NCBI GenBank assembly: GCA_045568075.1
Contig: JBJLBP010000001.1
Span: forward strand, 1,140,001 to 1,172,000
DNA length: 32,000 bases
Source of the DNA: Candidatus Thalassarchaeaceae archaeon
GTDB lineage: Archaea > Thermoplasmatota > Poseidoniia > Poseidoniales > Thalassarchaeaceae
Direction of reading: 5' to 3'
Positions 10,701 through 16,485 of this stretch are shown here, piece after piece (within the stretch, counting starts at the first letter, position 1; each line of letters starts with the position of its first letter). The translations under genes were made by a program, and so were the position numbers. The notes under the pieces are model-generated. The model had not been told where the DNA came from, made no database searches, and saw nothing but the letters and a program-made list of their open reading frames with translations.

Positions 10701-11589
10701 CAATCAACCAAGCATCAGTTCCGGCTGGAACCGCTTCACCAGGAAGAGTTCCGGCGGTAACGGCACCTTCGGTAGCGGTTGAAGGAATTGTACCGTAGCT
10801 AGTGACACGATTGGCACCCTGTAGAGTTCCGTTCATAGTCGAAAGAATTGCAGGGCCCCAAATAGCGCGACCGTGACAGATGTAAATTGTATCATCAATC
10901 TCACTTGAATCCAAGGCACGATCATCATCCCAGTCGATTCCCGAATCGACCTGAAATCCTCCGAATTCACAATTGCTACCAAAGGATTCCACCGACGTCG
11001 AAGTGAGGGCTGAGTAGGTGATATTGGTTCCATTCGATGACGTGTGGACATCGCAGTAATACATAGTCACTTGAATTTCATTCTCGTTAAGAGCACTGTT
11101 GTAATTGTCATCGAATCCGTACTCAAATTCGGTTCCGCTACTATTGTTGCAGCCACTAGAATTAGAGACGGAATTAGAAGCATAAACTCGAGTGAATCCA
11201 GGGCCGCTTTTGTACAGATTACTCAGAGTTGCTGTGATATCGCCCGCTGCGAAATCACTGATGTTGGAACGTGTTCCATCGTCCATCATCATAACCGCTT
11301 CAAGATCCTCATCGTAGACCACATTGTCAAAACCGCCAGACAATAGGTCTGCTCCTTCGAGCACTAAAGTCGAATCCAATGCACTGGAAACATCGCTATT
11401 GGTCACGTGGACCCAACCGTCGAGGATAGTGCCGTTACCGGGCACCCTGTATCCTACTACTGTGACCTCATCCCCACCGGGGTTAATCATGTTCGTAGTG
11501 TTCCATGATGCCATTCCTGCACTGGCAAAAGGTGCTAGAATCATGAGCATTACAAGAGCGGTTGCGAGTCTACGGCGGCTGGCGGGCAT
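4798..11589 (-). CDS. Giant type-I surface protein (2263 aa): signal peptide, jelly-roll/MAM-like and Ig-like modules, membrane-proximal CARDB-like domain, C-terminal TM helix and poly-acidic cytoplasmic tail
   Basis: Uninterrupted ORF. The start is chosen at ATG 11589 (MPASRRRLATALVMLMILAPFASAG = signal peptide), not 11715. Several modules end in ...RFRFRIWTSPDATDERPGWFVDNIEY and ...VKFRFRLDTDFSVTYEGGYIDDFGIL. There are many N-x-S/T sequons. A CARDB-like segment (TVTIETFWSNSGKRDGTIEINLYE...) precedes the TM helix WVIIGGVFLVAVAMVGFFV, followed by a 69-aa D/E/Y tail. Confidence 0.9.
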   Translation of the reverse strand: MPASRRRLATALVMLMILAPFASAGMASWNTTNMINPGGDEVTVVGYRVPGNGTILDGWVHVTNSDVSSALDSTLVLEGADLLSGGFDNVVYDEDLEAVMMMDDGTRSNISDFAAGDITATLSNLYKSGPGFTRVYASNSVSNSSGCNNSSGTEFEYGFDDNYNSALNENEIQVTMYYCDVHTSSNGTNITYSALTSTSVESFGSNCEFGGFQVDSGIDWDDDRALDSSEIDDTIYICHGRAIWGPAILSTMNGTLQGANRVTSYGTIPSTATEGAVTAGTLPGEAVPAGTDAWLIAPKFIVPSAAHTSGYWMTFDHWYHVDSTANGEGDGVWVEYRIKNGTWTSWSWVAPDGGYPSTLSEDGPDVNGAPSSGALPVFASPTSSGWVNSNVSLSSIPEIHNADEIQFRFRIWTSPDATDERPGWFVDNIEYNNDGIQFGVWHHGCIVTTGYCNYAASAYGGLQGSLDLSGTDGDSWIEIDMEWDLEGSLQDNACVELSLNNNTWTDISSGTTATTTNCEDRTGAIPGYGYSASNGVTYYDQSNGYRTINLSIPSSYQNQSNVEMRFIVDTDTWTNYGGSQDSREGLTVRDIRVYTDDDTVVFADDFSTSTSMSDYLATQPSGTAVANEWAHYMFATGDIYESLGFEDSGANSPTVNDADGWSRNPTSGSNTNKWSLGQLGSAAGPSTMEPSFPYVYGTNMNGNYGNQADAYLISPSYDIPANSSATLTFEKWVCTENYWDAIGLYIKVNNGAWQYFDPGITGWYDGSIGYSGNAMYGNDAWMSGDCAQDEFENRQAPLAQYAGDTVKFRFRLDTDFSVTYEGGYIDDFGILIPNYSVGGSWTSPPIDLTSVDEFNLGWLDIDALVPTNTSLTGTLIDTSTGAVVNGLEDVAFPISLAGVDSALHDSVKVEVNLDSLNPEVSPRIKKISVGGKRFLSADSFDTNGWDMSPSVEVVDGLLNATTIAGTITSDYIHSSRPIKSIDVSGNTSSGIAITAYDENGNQIGTSGSGGVGFTYPVTGFSLSIALPSNGWIDRMVMTAEFAEPAKNPSLDVLDDGSTEWSFPMGDDYGHYGWQSLISGDSEVMSSTLDLDGTNPASVTVRVPTSASLYGGIITVASQSADGFAAAVSVSVEGASQSSGSADYVFYNTLNVAQLGAIAAQGTSHTDSDTGREWRDITIEFDSNSAQTVSLSRLGIGYLLFENVSGLGPSVAAYHDAQTTDDPPPELVNIPVSISAEAGVITVDGDLRFDYIITNRDFQVPNTFYPRGTPYSITTKHHHLHDNTQLSEITLRGQASDGQVIEFVAYNGADGLWGAGADSVTLSQVRGDSVLVLNTSATTITEAVHNDGYTDIAVSWVFDISWNWDDVESIRWVAKALDSAGETVWPAVSNSGQSGRKAVENDLQVETFEIRDQFGRLLSNQYSTFYPYPIIEGSLLNITGKVRFQDSTDNRPIGDDFQVRLNLSGSLIMMDSADGGEFSGIVNTPSSTGDVTASPELFRVGPLGGAIGALDVSGVATVVTIRQDSNPPIAGQIEVNTATGLTPANGKVWDPTVPLSMFVTIQEAEARGETLTMHYWRADVDDLNGDGIADVEEYLSQTQPLSSGMTGEQQVNFAGIDVSGQSFNSPVHVYLEGTDWAGLTYQDGGTGGGPGADDAWATITIATDEPTNLVNGGFALDHETGYLLAGVPHTFRMQINEPNGLHTLDNVSVMLCGDRIDNLGKFTYNPANGDIWTADDSMVSPLTVQTQQITSAVVELAMMFQLSWEFPWEDGQYGCKPSVSIMDDITEVAYQNNIGELTWELDNSLSAIPSQMVDITPPVVEPQDLHLYLRQGDELELSGEIYYSGSGIAMTTIPDGLEVEMTIIYGTQQINSIAEVNEDGTWVASMTLPMRVPLNPTMGLTTSVLNPPGQGASAINEDAQVTVDSMNPTVLFDQTNYPDSSLTTLESDLLEEVLVTVTIIDEIGMSADDLEVAWVFLRNNLPVAGTEDTGAIPLIIEDDGRDIFQGKLDFTPALEGFDVTNGDRILFWVTSTDRAGNEIQGLGSDDTPRTVALRIMQFVPSLDNVVVTPKDPFPDTTVTIETFWSNSGKRDGTIEINLYELTGDGKWRSESNTIDLDLPAETSSVYARFEWIAGDPGQPVLYIIVDDDFDNPAHPISGLLVQQVITDEGGDDEMMTWVIIGGVFLVAVAMVGFFVNRSRTEDDEYYYEDDEDSYYEEDWEYEDEESDEESDEESDEDDESEDEDADEESDDDDDDDDDDDSDEE
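4801..4990 (-). repeat. Triplet / 12-nt tandem repeat tract encoding the acidic tail (11 consecutive GAY Asp codons; SDEE units)
   Basis: The plus strand reads ...gtcgtcatcgtcgtcgtcgtcatcgtcgtcgtc... followed by reiterated gattcctcatc(g/t) units. Translation: ...EESDEESDEESDEDDESEDEDADEESDDDDDDDDDDDSDEE. Confidence 0.7.
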
Positions 11590-11611
11590 ACACCCGACGT
11601 TAGTTGATGAC

Positions 11612-11619
11612 ATTATAGA
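11612..11619 (-). promoter_or_regulatory. Candidate TATA box for the giant gene (leaderless or near-leaderless mRNA)
   Basis: The minus strand reads TCTATAAT, with 22 nt between it and ATG 11589. This is the usual archaeal TATA-to-start spacing. Confidence 0.35.
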
Positions 11620-11734
11620 ACTCACGGTTGCTGTTATTGGGGGGTTTTCTTTGACTACTACGAACAGGTAAGAATATGCAGCAAAGGTGAGTTGGATTTT
11701 TAGTCGCATAATCAACGAAAAACTTTCATTTTGG

Positions 11735-11809
11735 TGGAGCCACTGGGGAGAATTGAACTCCCGACCTTCCCATTACCAATGGGATGCTATACCCCTAAGC
11801 CACAGTGGC
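11735..11809 (-). tRNA. tRNA-Thr (anticodon GGU), CCA encoded
   Basis: Minus strand: GCCACTG TG GCTTAGGGGTATAGC A TCCCA TTGGTAA TGGGA AGGTC GGGAG TTCAATT CTCCC CAGTGGC T CCA. It forms a full cloverleaf with a 7-bp acceptor stem, a 5-bp anticodon stem and a T-loop. A T5 run (plus-strand aaaaa at 11717-11721) follows as a likely terminator. Confidence 0.93.
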
Positions 11810-11937
11810 AGCGAGCGGGCCACTTGTGAGACCGATTTAACGACTACGGAGTGAGTGGAGAGAGAGAGACGTCACAGACCGGTTCTAGATGAAGGTGCGT
11901 CAGACTCAAGTTAGGGTCGCGGTTCGGCCGACCACGA

Positions 11938-12023
11938 GCCGAGGTCGCATAGCCTGGTATTGCGCATGACTGGAAATCATGTGGGTTTTACCCTCGGGAG
12001 TTCAAATCTCCCTCTCGGCGCCA
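11938..12023 (+). tRNA. tRNA-Ser (anticodon GGA), class II with long variable arm, CCA encoded
   Basis: GCCGAGG TC GCATAGCCTGGTATTGC G CATGA CTGGAAA TCATG TGGGTTTTACCCTC GGGAG TTCAAAT CTCCC TCTCGGC G CCA. The 14-nt variable arm with a GGGT/ACCC stem is typical of tRNA-Ser. Confidence 0.93.
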
Positions 12024-12127
12024 AAATCAATTGCATACCCCTCTTCCTCCACTTTCCATCTCTTTCACCATGAGGAGCTCTCATCTCCAAGTGGATTTCT
12101 TATGCCTGATGGAACACCGCAGCCAAT

Positions 12128-13270
12128 GTGGAAGGCGAAGGAGAGCGAGTGTCTCCCGATGAGGGAGCAGCCCTCGCGAGCGTGAGGCTTAGCGACATCG
12201 AGCTCCCCTTCAGTCTAGCCGAGAGGGATTCGCGGCTGCAATCGATCGATTCGTTATTGGAAGAATATGTCTTCCATTCTAGGATGATCCTCGAGCGATG
12301 GGGATTCAGTGAAGCACTCATCCTCGGCATCGGAACCCTCGCCTTGATACTGGGTGCTTGGGACCTTGGGATAGGGGAACTCGCCTCCGGTGGCGATTAC
12401 AATCGAAATTCGTTCGAAGGATTCCTTCATATCTCGGATTTCTCACTTATGCTCTCCTTGTTATCCTTGATTGCTTGGATTGGTCTGCTCGCATCACTCT
12501 GGGCGAGATTTCCGCTGATGCGTGAGAATCTAATCTGGACGACTGTCGCAACATTCGCAATTCAATTGGGTTACATCATGTCTCACACAACGGCAACCGA
12601 TTTTCCATTCGATGGAGGTGTAAGCGATTGGGGTGGCGTCGCAATCGGTAATCTCGTCTTGGTATTCCTCTCGATGGGAGTTGTTCATAGAGCAGTCATA
12701 GAAACTCGAGATATTCACGTTCAGGAGCGTCACGCCCACCCGGACCCACGCGTGGTCCAAAAGGCGTGGCGCGACCATAGCCTTAGGGCGTGGAGTCTCA
12801 GTCTGGGGTCGTGGATGATCTTACTGAATATCTCGGCCTGGGCTGGCGCACACACAATCGCTCCACGCCCACCAATCGAATCCGACATGACCGGATTCGC
12901 AGTCCTACACGTGTTCTTCGGTATTCTCTCAATCGCAGTTTGGACACACGTTCTCTGGTATCCACAATTCATGCTGGGCGCGGCTGGCGACCGAATCCAA
13001 TCTGTCCGCGCCCGCGAAGTCGCTGGCGAAGCAATCCCTGTAACGCTCGAGCGAAGGCAAGGTGCCTGCCCTATCTGCAGCGTTGAAACAGCAGCGATCA
13101 AGCACCAAGATGGTTCAATCGAAGTACCATGTTCAGAATGTGATGGCGGCGGGGAACCCGGCACCGCGTGCTCGGAATGTAATGCAACTATACCGGCAAG
13201 AATTTCATGCAGCGGTTGCGGTTCCAGCACGACTGTGATTAGTCATTTTTCTCGCTCTGAGGCTTGGTGA
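12128..13270 (+). CDS. Polytopic membrane protein (about 6 TM helices) with a C-terminal double zinc-ribbon
   Basis: 380-aa ORF with a GTG start; alternative starts are GTG 12182 and ATG 12284. Hydrophobic segments include ALILGIGTLALILGAWDLGI, FSLMLSLLSLIAWIGLLASLW, LIWTTVATFAIQLGYIM, WGGVAIGNLVLVFLSMGVV, AWSLSLGSWMILLNISAWAGA and FAVLHVFFGILSIAVWTHVLW. The C-terminus carries four CxxC pairs: CPIC...CSEC...CSEC...CSGC. Confidence 0.7.
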   Translation: MEGEGERVSPDEGAALASVRLSDIELPFSLAERDSRLQSIDSLLEEYVFHSRMILERWGFSEALILGIGTLALILGAWDLGIGELASGGDYNRNSFEGFLHISDFSLMLSLLSLIAWIGLLASLWARFPLMRENLIWTTVATFAIQLGYIMSHTTATDFPFDGGVSDWGGVAIGNLVLVFLSMGVVHRAVIETRDIHVQERHAHPDPRVVQKAWRDHSLRAWSLSLGSWMILLNISAWAGAHTIAPRPPIESDMTGFAVLHVFFGILSIAVWTHVLWYPQFMLGAAGDRIQSVRAREVAGEAIPVTLERRQGACPICSVETAAIKHQDGSIEVPCSECDGGGEPGTACSECNATIPARISCSGCGSSTTVISHFSRSEAW

Positions 13271-13456
13271 TAACGTAAGCTGATATATTTCGGAATCGTT
13301 TAATTGGTGGAATGAGAGTGGTTTTAGACCGAATTTTGGGCTTTATAATTAGGATAATTGCCTGGGTGATTTTCGGATACAATTCTCGATTTAATCCCAA
13401 AAAGGGTTCGGAAATTCATCGGTTGGTCTCTGCTGGTTTTCGGTGCTGTAGCAATT

Positions 13457-15049
13457 TTGTGGGCCATGTACGCGGATTTAGATGTCCATACTGGCCTTCT
13501 TGGCATAATTGCCCTTTTTGTTGGTATAATTTCTGCCTTTTTTGGTTTCATATTTCTTCTGCATGATTGGAAGATTCCTGGCTTTTCCGATGAAGCCATC
13601 GCTGATGACTATGCAGAGTATGAAGAAAGCCTTCTTCGCTTGCGAGAAGACGGCTTTATTGATTCCAGTGGAGATACAGAGAATGAAAATGAGTTGATTA
13701 TTCCCTCACCATCAGAACAGCCTAGCGAAATTATAGAAGATGATTCATTTCAAGATTCCTTACCTTGGGTAATTGGAGCTGTATCCTCATTATTTTCCTT
13801 ACTTGTATTATCAATAATACTTCTTTGGGTTTGGTCAAATGCAAATGACATAATTCTTGGAGGGCCACCTCCAACACTGACTGGTTGGGAGGAATCATAC
13901 CGCGACCTAACTGGTTTTGACGAAGTGAGTGGGCTAGATGGAAGCGGTGTGCTCGTGTGCGTAGTCGACTCGGGAATCGAGATGGATCACCCCGACCTCA
14001 GTCACCTTACTCTAGCAGGATGGTTGGATGTAATCGATGGCCGAGATGCGCCCTACGACGATGAAGGACATGGAACTGCGATGGCAGGTATCATCGTCGC
14101 GCAGGACGGTTTGAGAGGTAATGCTCAGGGCGTTGAGCTTCTAGTGGCGAAGGCAATCGATGACGAAGGTAGTGGAAGTGATGAAGGAATTGCGGAAGCG
14201 GTGAATTGGTGTGTCGATGAACAAGCAGATATCATTTCACTGAGCCTTGGTGGTGAGGGTGGATTCGGGTTCGCTGGAATTACGACCGATCAACTCGAGG
14301 AAGCCGTTCAAGATGCATTGGATCTGGGTGTATTTGTCGTCGCCGCGGCAGGAAACGATGGTCAGGATGACGACGGTGATGTCTCTTCGCCCGGCTCGGT
14401 TGCCGATGTCATTTGTGTTGGCGGGGCGACCCGCCTTGGCAATGTATGGAGCGGCAGTTCCGAAGGAGATAACAATGGAAGGATTTGGCCGCCGATGCTT
14501 CCTCGATCAGACCCCGATAAGAAGCCGGAAGTCTTGGCTCCGGGGGCTGAAGTGCCGGTATTGATGGCTGGTGGCAGCGGCGACGGATCATGGTGGGGAT
14601 GGGCTAGCGGAACCTCTGCTGCTACGGCTTGGGTTTCTGGCGGCCTAGCATTGATTCTCGAAGCCCATCCTGAATTGCAGAGAGAAGGGGCTTCGGGTGG
14701 GTCGGGAGCAATCGATTTGGTGAAGGAAGTATTGAGCGATAATTCACAGATGGATAATGGTCAAGATGACCATGACGACCGCTTCGGTTACGGAATTTTA
14801 CGCATTGATTTGATGCTTGAAGCGCTCGGGAATAATTCCTCTGCTTCGAATGTGGTCGGAGAAATAGTTTCGAGTTCTGCAGAATCATCAGGTTCTGAGC
14901 AGATTGAACTGAATTCAGAAGAGTATCAGGCGGAACGAAGGAAGACGCCGAGTGTTCCGCCTGTCAATTCGACGAAGGCAGCAGAATGTTCCGTATCGAC
15001 GCTTCGGACGAATTCTATCCAACGATTGAACGAAGCGACGACCTGTTGA
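13457..15049 (+). CDS. Membrane-anchored subtilisin-like serine protease (peptidase S8), no recognisable prodomain
   Basis: The catalytic triad contexts are VVDSGIEMDHPDL (Asp), HGTAMAGIIVA (His) and GTSAATAWVSGGLALIL (Ser). N-terminal hydrophobic helices, an acidic linker and a further TM helix (LPWVIGAVSSLFSLLVLSIILLWVW) sit immediately before the catalytic domain. The start is uncertain (TTG 13457, ATG 13466, or upstream; see findings). Confidence 0.9.
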   Translation: MWAMYADLDVHTGLLGIIALFVGIISAFFGFIFLLHDWKIPGFSDEAIADDYAEYEESLLRLREDGFIDSSGDTENENELIIPSPSEQPSEIIEDDSFQDSLPWVIGAVSSLFSLLVLSIILLWVWSNANDIILGGPPPTLTGWEESYRDLTGFDEVSGLDGSGVLVCVVDSGIEMDHPDLSHLTLAGWLDVIDGRDAPYDDEGHGTAMAGIIVAQDGLRGNAQGVELLVAKAIDDEGSGSDEGIAEAVNWCVDEQADIISLSLGGEGGFGFAGITTDQLEEAVQDALDLGVFVVAAAGNDGQDDDGDVSSPGSVADVICVGGATRLGNVWSGSSEGDNNGRIWPPMLPRSDPDKKPEVLAPGAEVPVLMAGGSGDGSWWGWASGTSAATAWVSGGLALILEAHPELQREGASGGSGAIDLVKEVLSDNSQMDNGQDDHDDRFGYGILRIDLMLEALGNNSSASNVVGEIVSSSAESSGSEQIELNSEEYQAERRKTPSVPPVNSTKAAECSVSTLRTNSIQRLNEATTC

Positions 15050-15774
15050 GCAGAGGTCATCTCTTCCCCTTGACTTGCTTCTCCAACATCTCCAGTAGGC
15101 ACCTGAGGTTCGAGTGCCATGAGCATTCCACCTGGAGCCAGCAGGTCAAATGCTGCCGCTGCCGCTTGAGCACGATCAAGCTCTGGAAGATCGATGATAA
15201 CGAGATCGATTGGTTGAGGTAGCGGTGCAGTTCTCGCGGCGTCCGGTAGGGCTGCGCCAGCCGCATTCCAAGACTGTGTCTCTGCGGCAATCTCGGTCCA
15301 AGAACGAGTGATGACTTGAGCCCAAGATGAGGCATCATATCTGCGCAACAATCTATCGATAATCACTCCAAACTTACCACCCTCTTCGATGATACGAACC
15401 GTTTCCGGCCGATTTGTCGGCACCGATTCCTCAGAGGATGGGTCTCCACACCATAGATCCATCATCCAGGCGCTCAGATGGCCGATCCCGCCACCTACAA
15501 TGACTACATTGCGAGCAGGAACACGACTTGCGATATCTCGGATTCTTGTGCGAACAGAACGAGGTAGAGGTCGCAGATCCATGTGAATCATCTGCTCACC
15601 AATCGCAGCAGCGATTTCAGGCTCCTCGGAATCTCGAGATTCATCCTCACCGAGGAGCCTCTCAAACATCTCCCTCTGCGACATCGTCGGGAGGCCCAAT
15701 CCACCGCCGATATCACTCATGTGCCTGCCTCGGGCGGTCCTCTCTTGAACCATCCCACGCGCGGATGGCTTCAA
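14926..15774 (-). CDS. Class I SAM-dependent methyltransferase-like protein (O-methyltransferase/COG4122-like)
   Basis: 282-aa ORF with a Rossmann motif I-like NVVIVGGGIGHLSAWM, an acidic residue after beta-2 (VRIIEEGG), DLVIIDLP, and LLAPGGMLMALEP. The probable start is an internal ATG (MSDIGGG at 15720 or MVQERT). The glycine-rich motif is degenerate. Confidence 0.55.
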   Translation of the reverse strand: MKPSARGMVQERTARGRHMSDIGGGLGLPTMSQREMFERLLGEDESRDSEEPEIAAAIGEQMIHMDLRPLPRSVRTRIRDIASRVPARNVVIVGGGIGHLSAWMMDLWCGDPSSEESVPTNRPETVRIIEEGGKFGVIIDRLLRRYDASSWAQVITRSWTEIAAETQSWNAAGAALPDAARTAPLPQPIDLVIIDLPELDRAQAAAAAFDLLAPGGMLMALEPQVPTGDVGEASQGEEMTSAQQVVASFNRWIEFVRSVDTEHSAAFVELTGGTLGVFLRSA

Positions 15775-15798
15775 GAGGAGTAGGCCTGCCGCCGAGTC

Positions 15799-16485
15799 GT
15801 GACAGATGCTCTTGACGAGGATGATTCAGTCGATGTCGCCGAGTGCGGCAGCTGTCGCCAATTGACTGAGCACAACGTCCTGCGCAGGCAAGCAAAGGGC
15901 GAGGGCGAGGACGTTTTGGTACAGTGCGTAGATTGTCAGGAAGTCCAAACTCTACACCTTCGCCCAGGAAAAGCTGTGAGCATCACTTCGATTCTCTCAG
16001 ACGGTGCCGATAGTCGCACAGATTACGTCGAGGCGGACGATGACGAGAAGATCTCGGTCGGCGATGTTTTCGAGCATGATGAAATCCTCTACAAGATCAC
16101 CCGACTCGATGATTCCGAATCTCGCCCTAAGAAGATCATTGACGCGAGAGACATCTCAACTCTCTGGGCGGTGCGATGTGACAAGGCTGTTGTTCGCTTG
16201 ACAATGACCGATGGTGAGGAAAGTCGATCCAAAACCATCGAATGCTCACCTGAAGATGTCTTCTCATGTGGTTCGATTATGGAAGTCGACGGTGAGCGAT
16301 GGCGCATTCGCGCCCTCCACACCGGTCGAGGAAGAACTCTGCGCGGCAAGCGCTCGGCGATGGACATCAAGCGAGTCTACCTTCACCCTCCTTACGGACG
16401 AGTTCGTGGCGAAGACCGTAGAGACACTCGTGATTATCGAGATGATCGCCGGGATGACTACCGTAGAGACACTCGCCAGCGATGA
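15799..16485 (+). CDS. Archaeal zinc-ribbon protein (COG1326-like uncharacterised Zn-finger family) with an Arg/Asp-repeat tail
   Basis: 228-aa ORF with a GTG start. It has an N-terminal CGSC...(22)...CVDC ribbon and then two beta-rich repeats (ISVGDVFEHDEILYKITRLDD... and FSCGSIMEVDGERWRIRALHT...). The tail reads RVRGEDRRDTRDYRDDRRDDYRRDTRQR. The family assignment is from memory. Confidence 0.65.
   Translation: MTDALDEDDSVDVAECGSCRQLTEHNVLRRQAKGEGEDVLVQCVDCQEVQTLHLRPGKAVSITSILSDGADSRTDYVEADDDEKISVGDVFEHDEILYKITRLDDSESRPKKIIDARDISTLWAVRCDKAVVRLTMTDGEESRSKTIECSPEDVFSCGSIMEVDGERWRIRALHTGRGRTLRGKRSAMDIKRVYLHPPYGRVRGEDRRDTRDYRDDRRDDYRRDTRQR

Noticed and set aside
5336-11671. Many 60-150-aa ORFs on both strands inside the first giant gene (e.g. 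5336..5785, 8693..9088, 9936..10340, 11324..11671)
   Set aside because: They are nested in a 6.8-kb uninterrupted ORF with coherent domain structure. They show typical antisense or off-frame S/R/T/P-rich products.
11590-11715. N-terminal extension of the giant ORF to 11715 (MIMRLKIQLTFAAYSYLF...)
   Set aside because: The extension would run to within 20 nt of the tRNA-Thr gene and through the candidate TATA box. A canonical signal peptide starts at ATG 11589.
12730-13230. 166-aa minus-strand ORF inside the membrane/Zn-ribbon gene
   Set aside because: It is antisense to an ORF with clear TM helices and CxxC pairs. Its product is P/A/S/R-rich without features.
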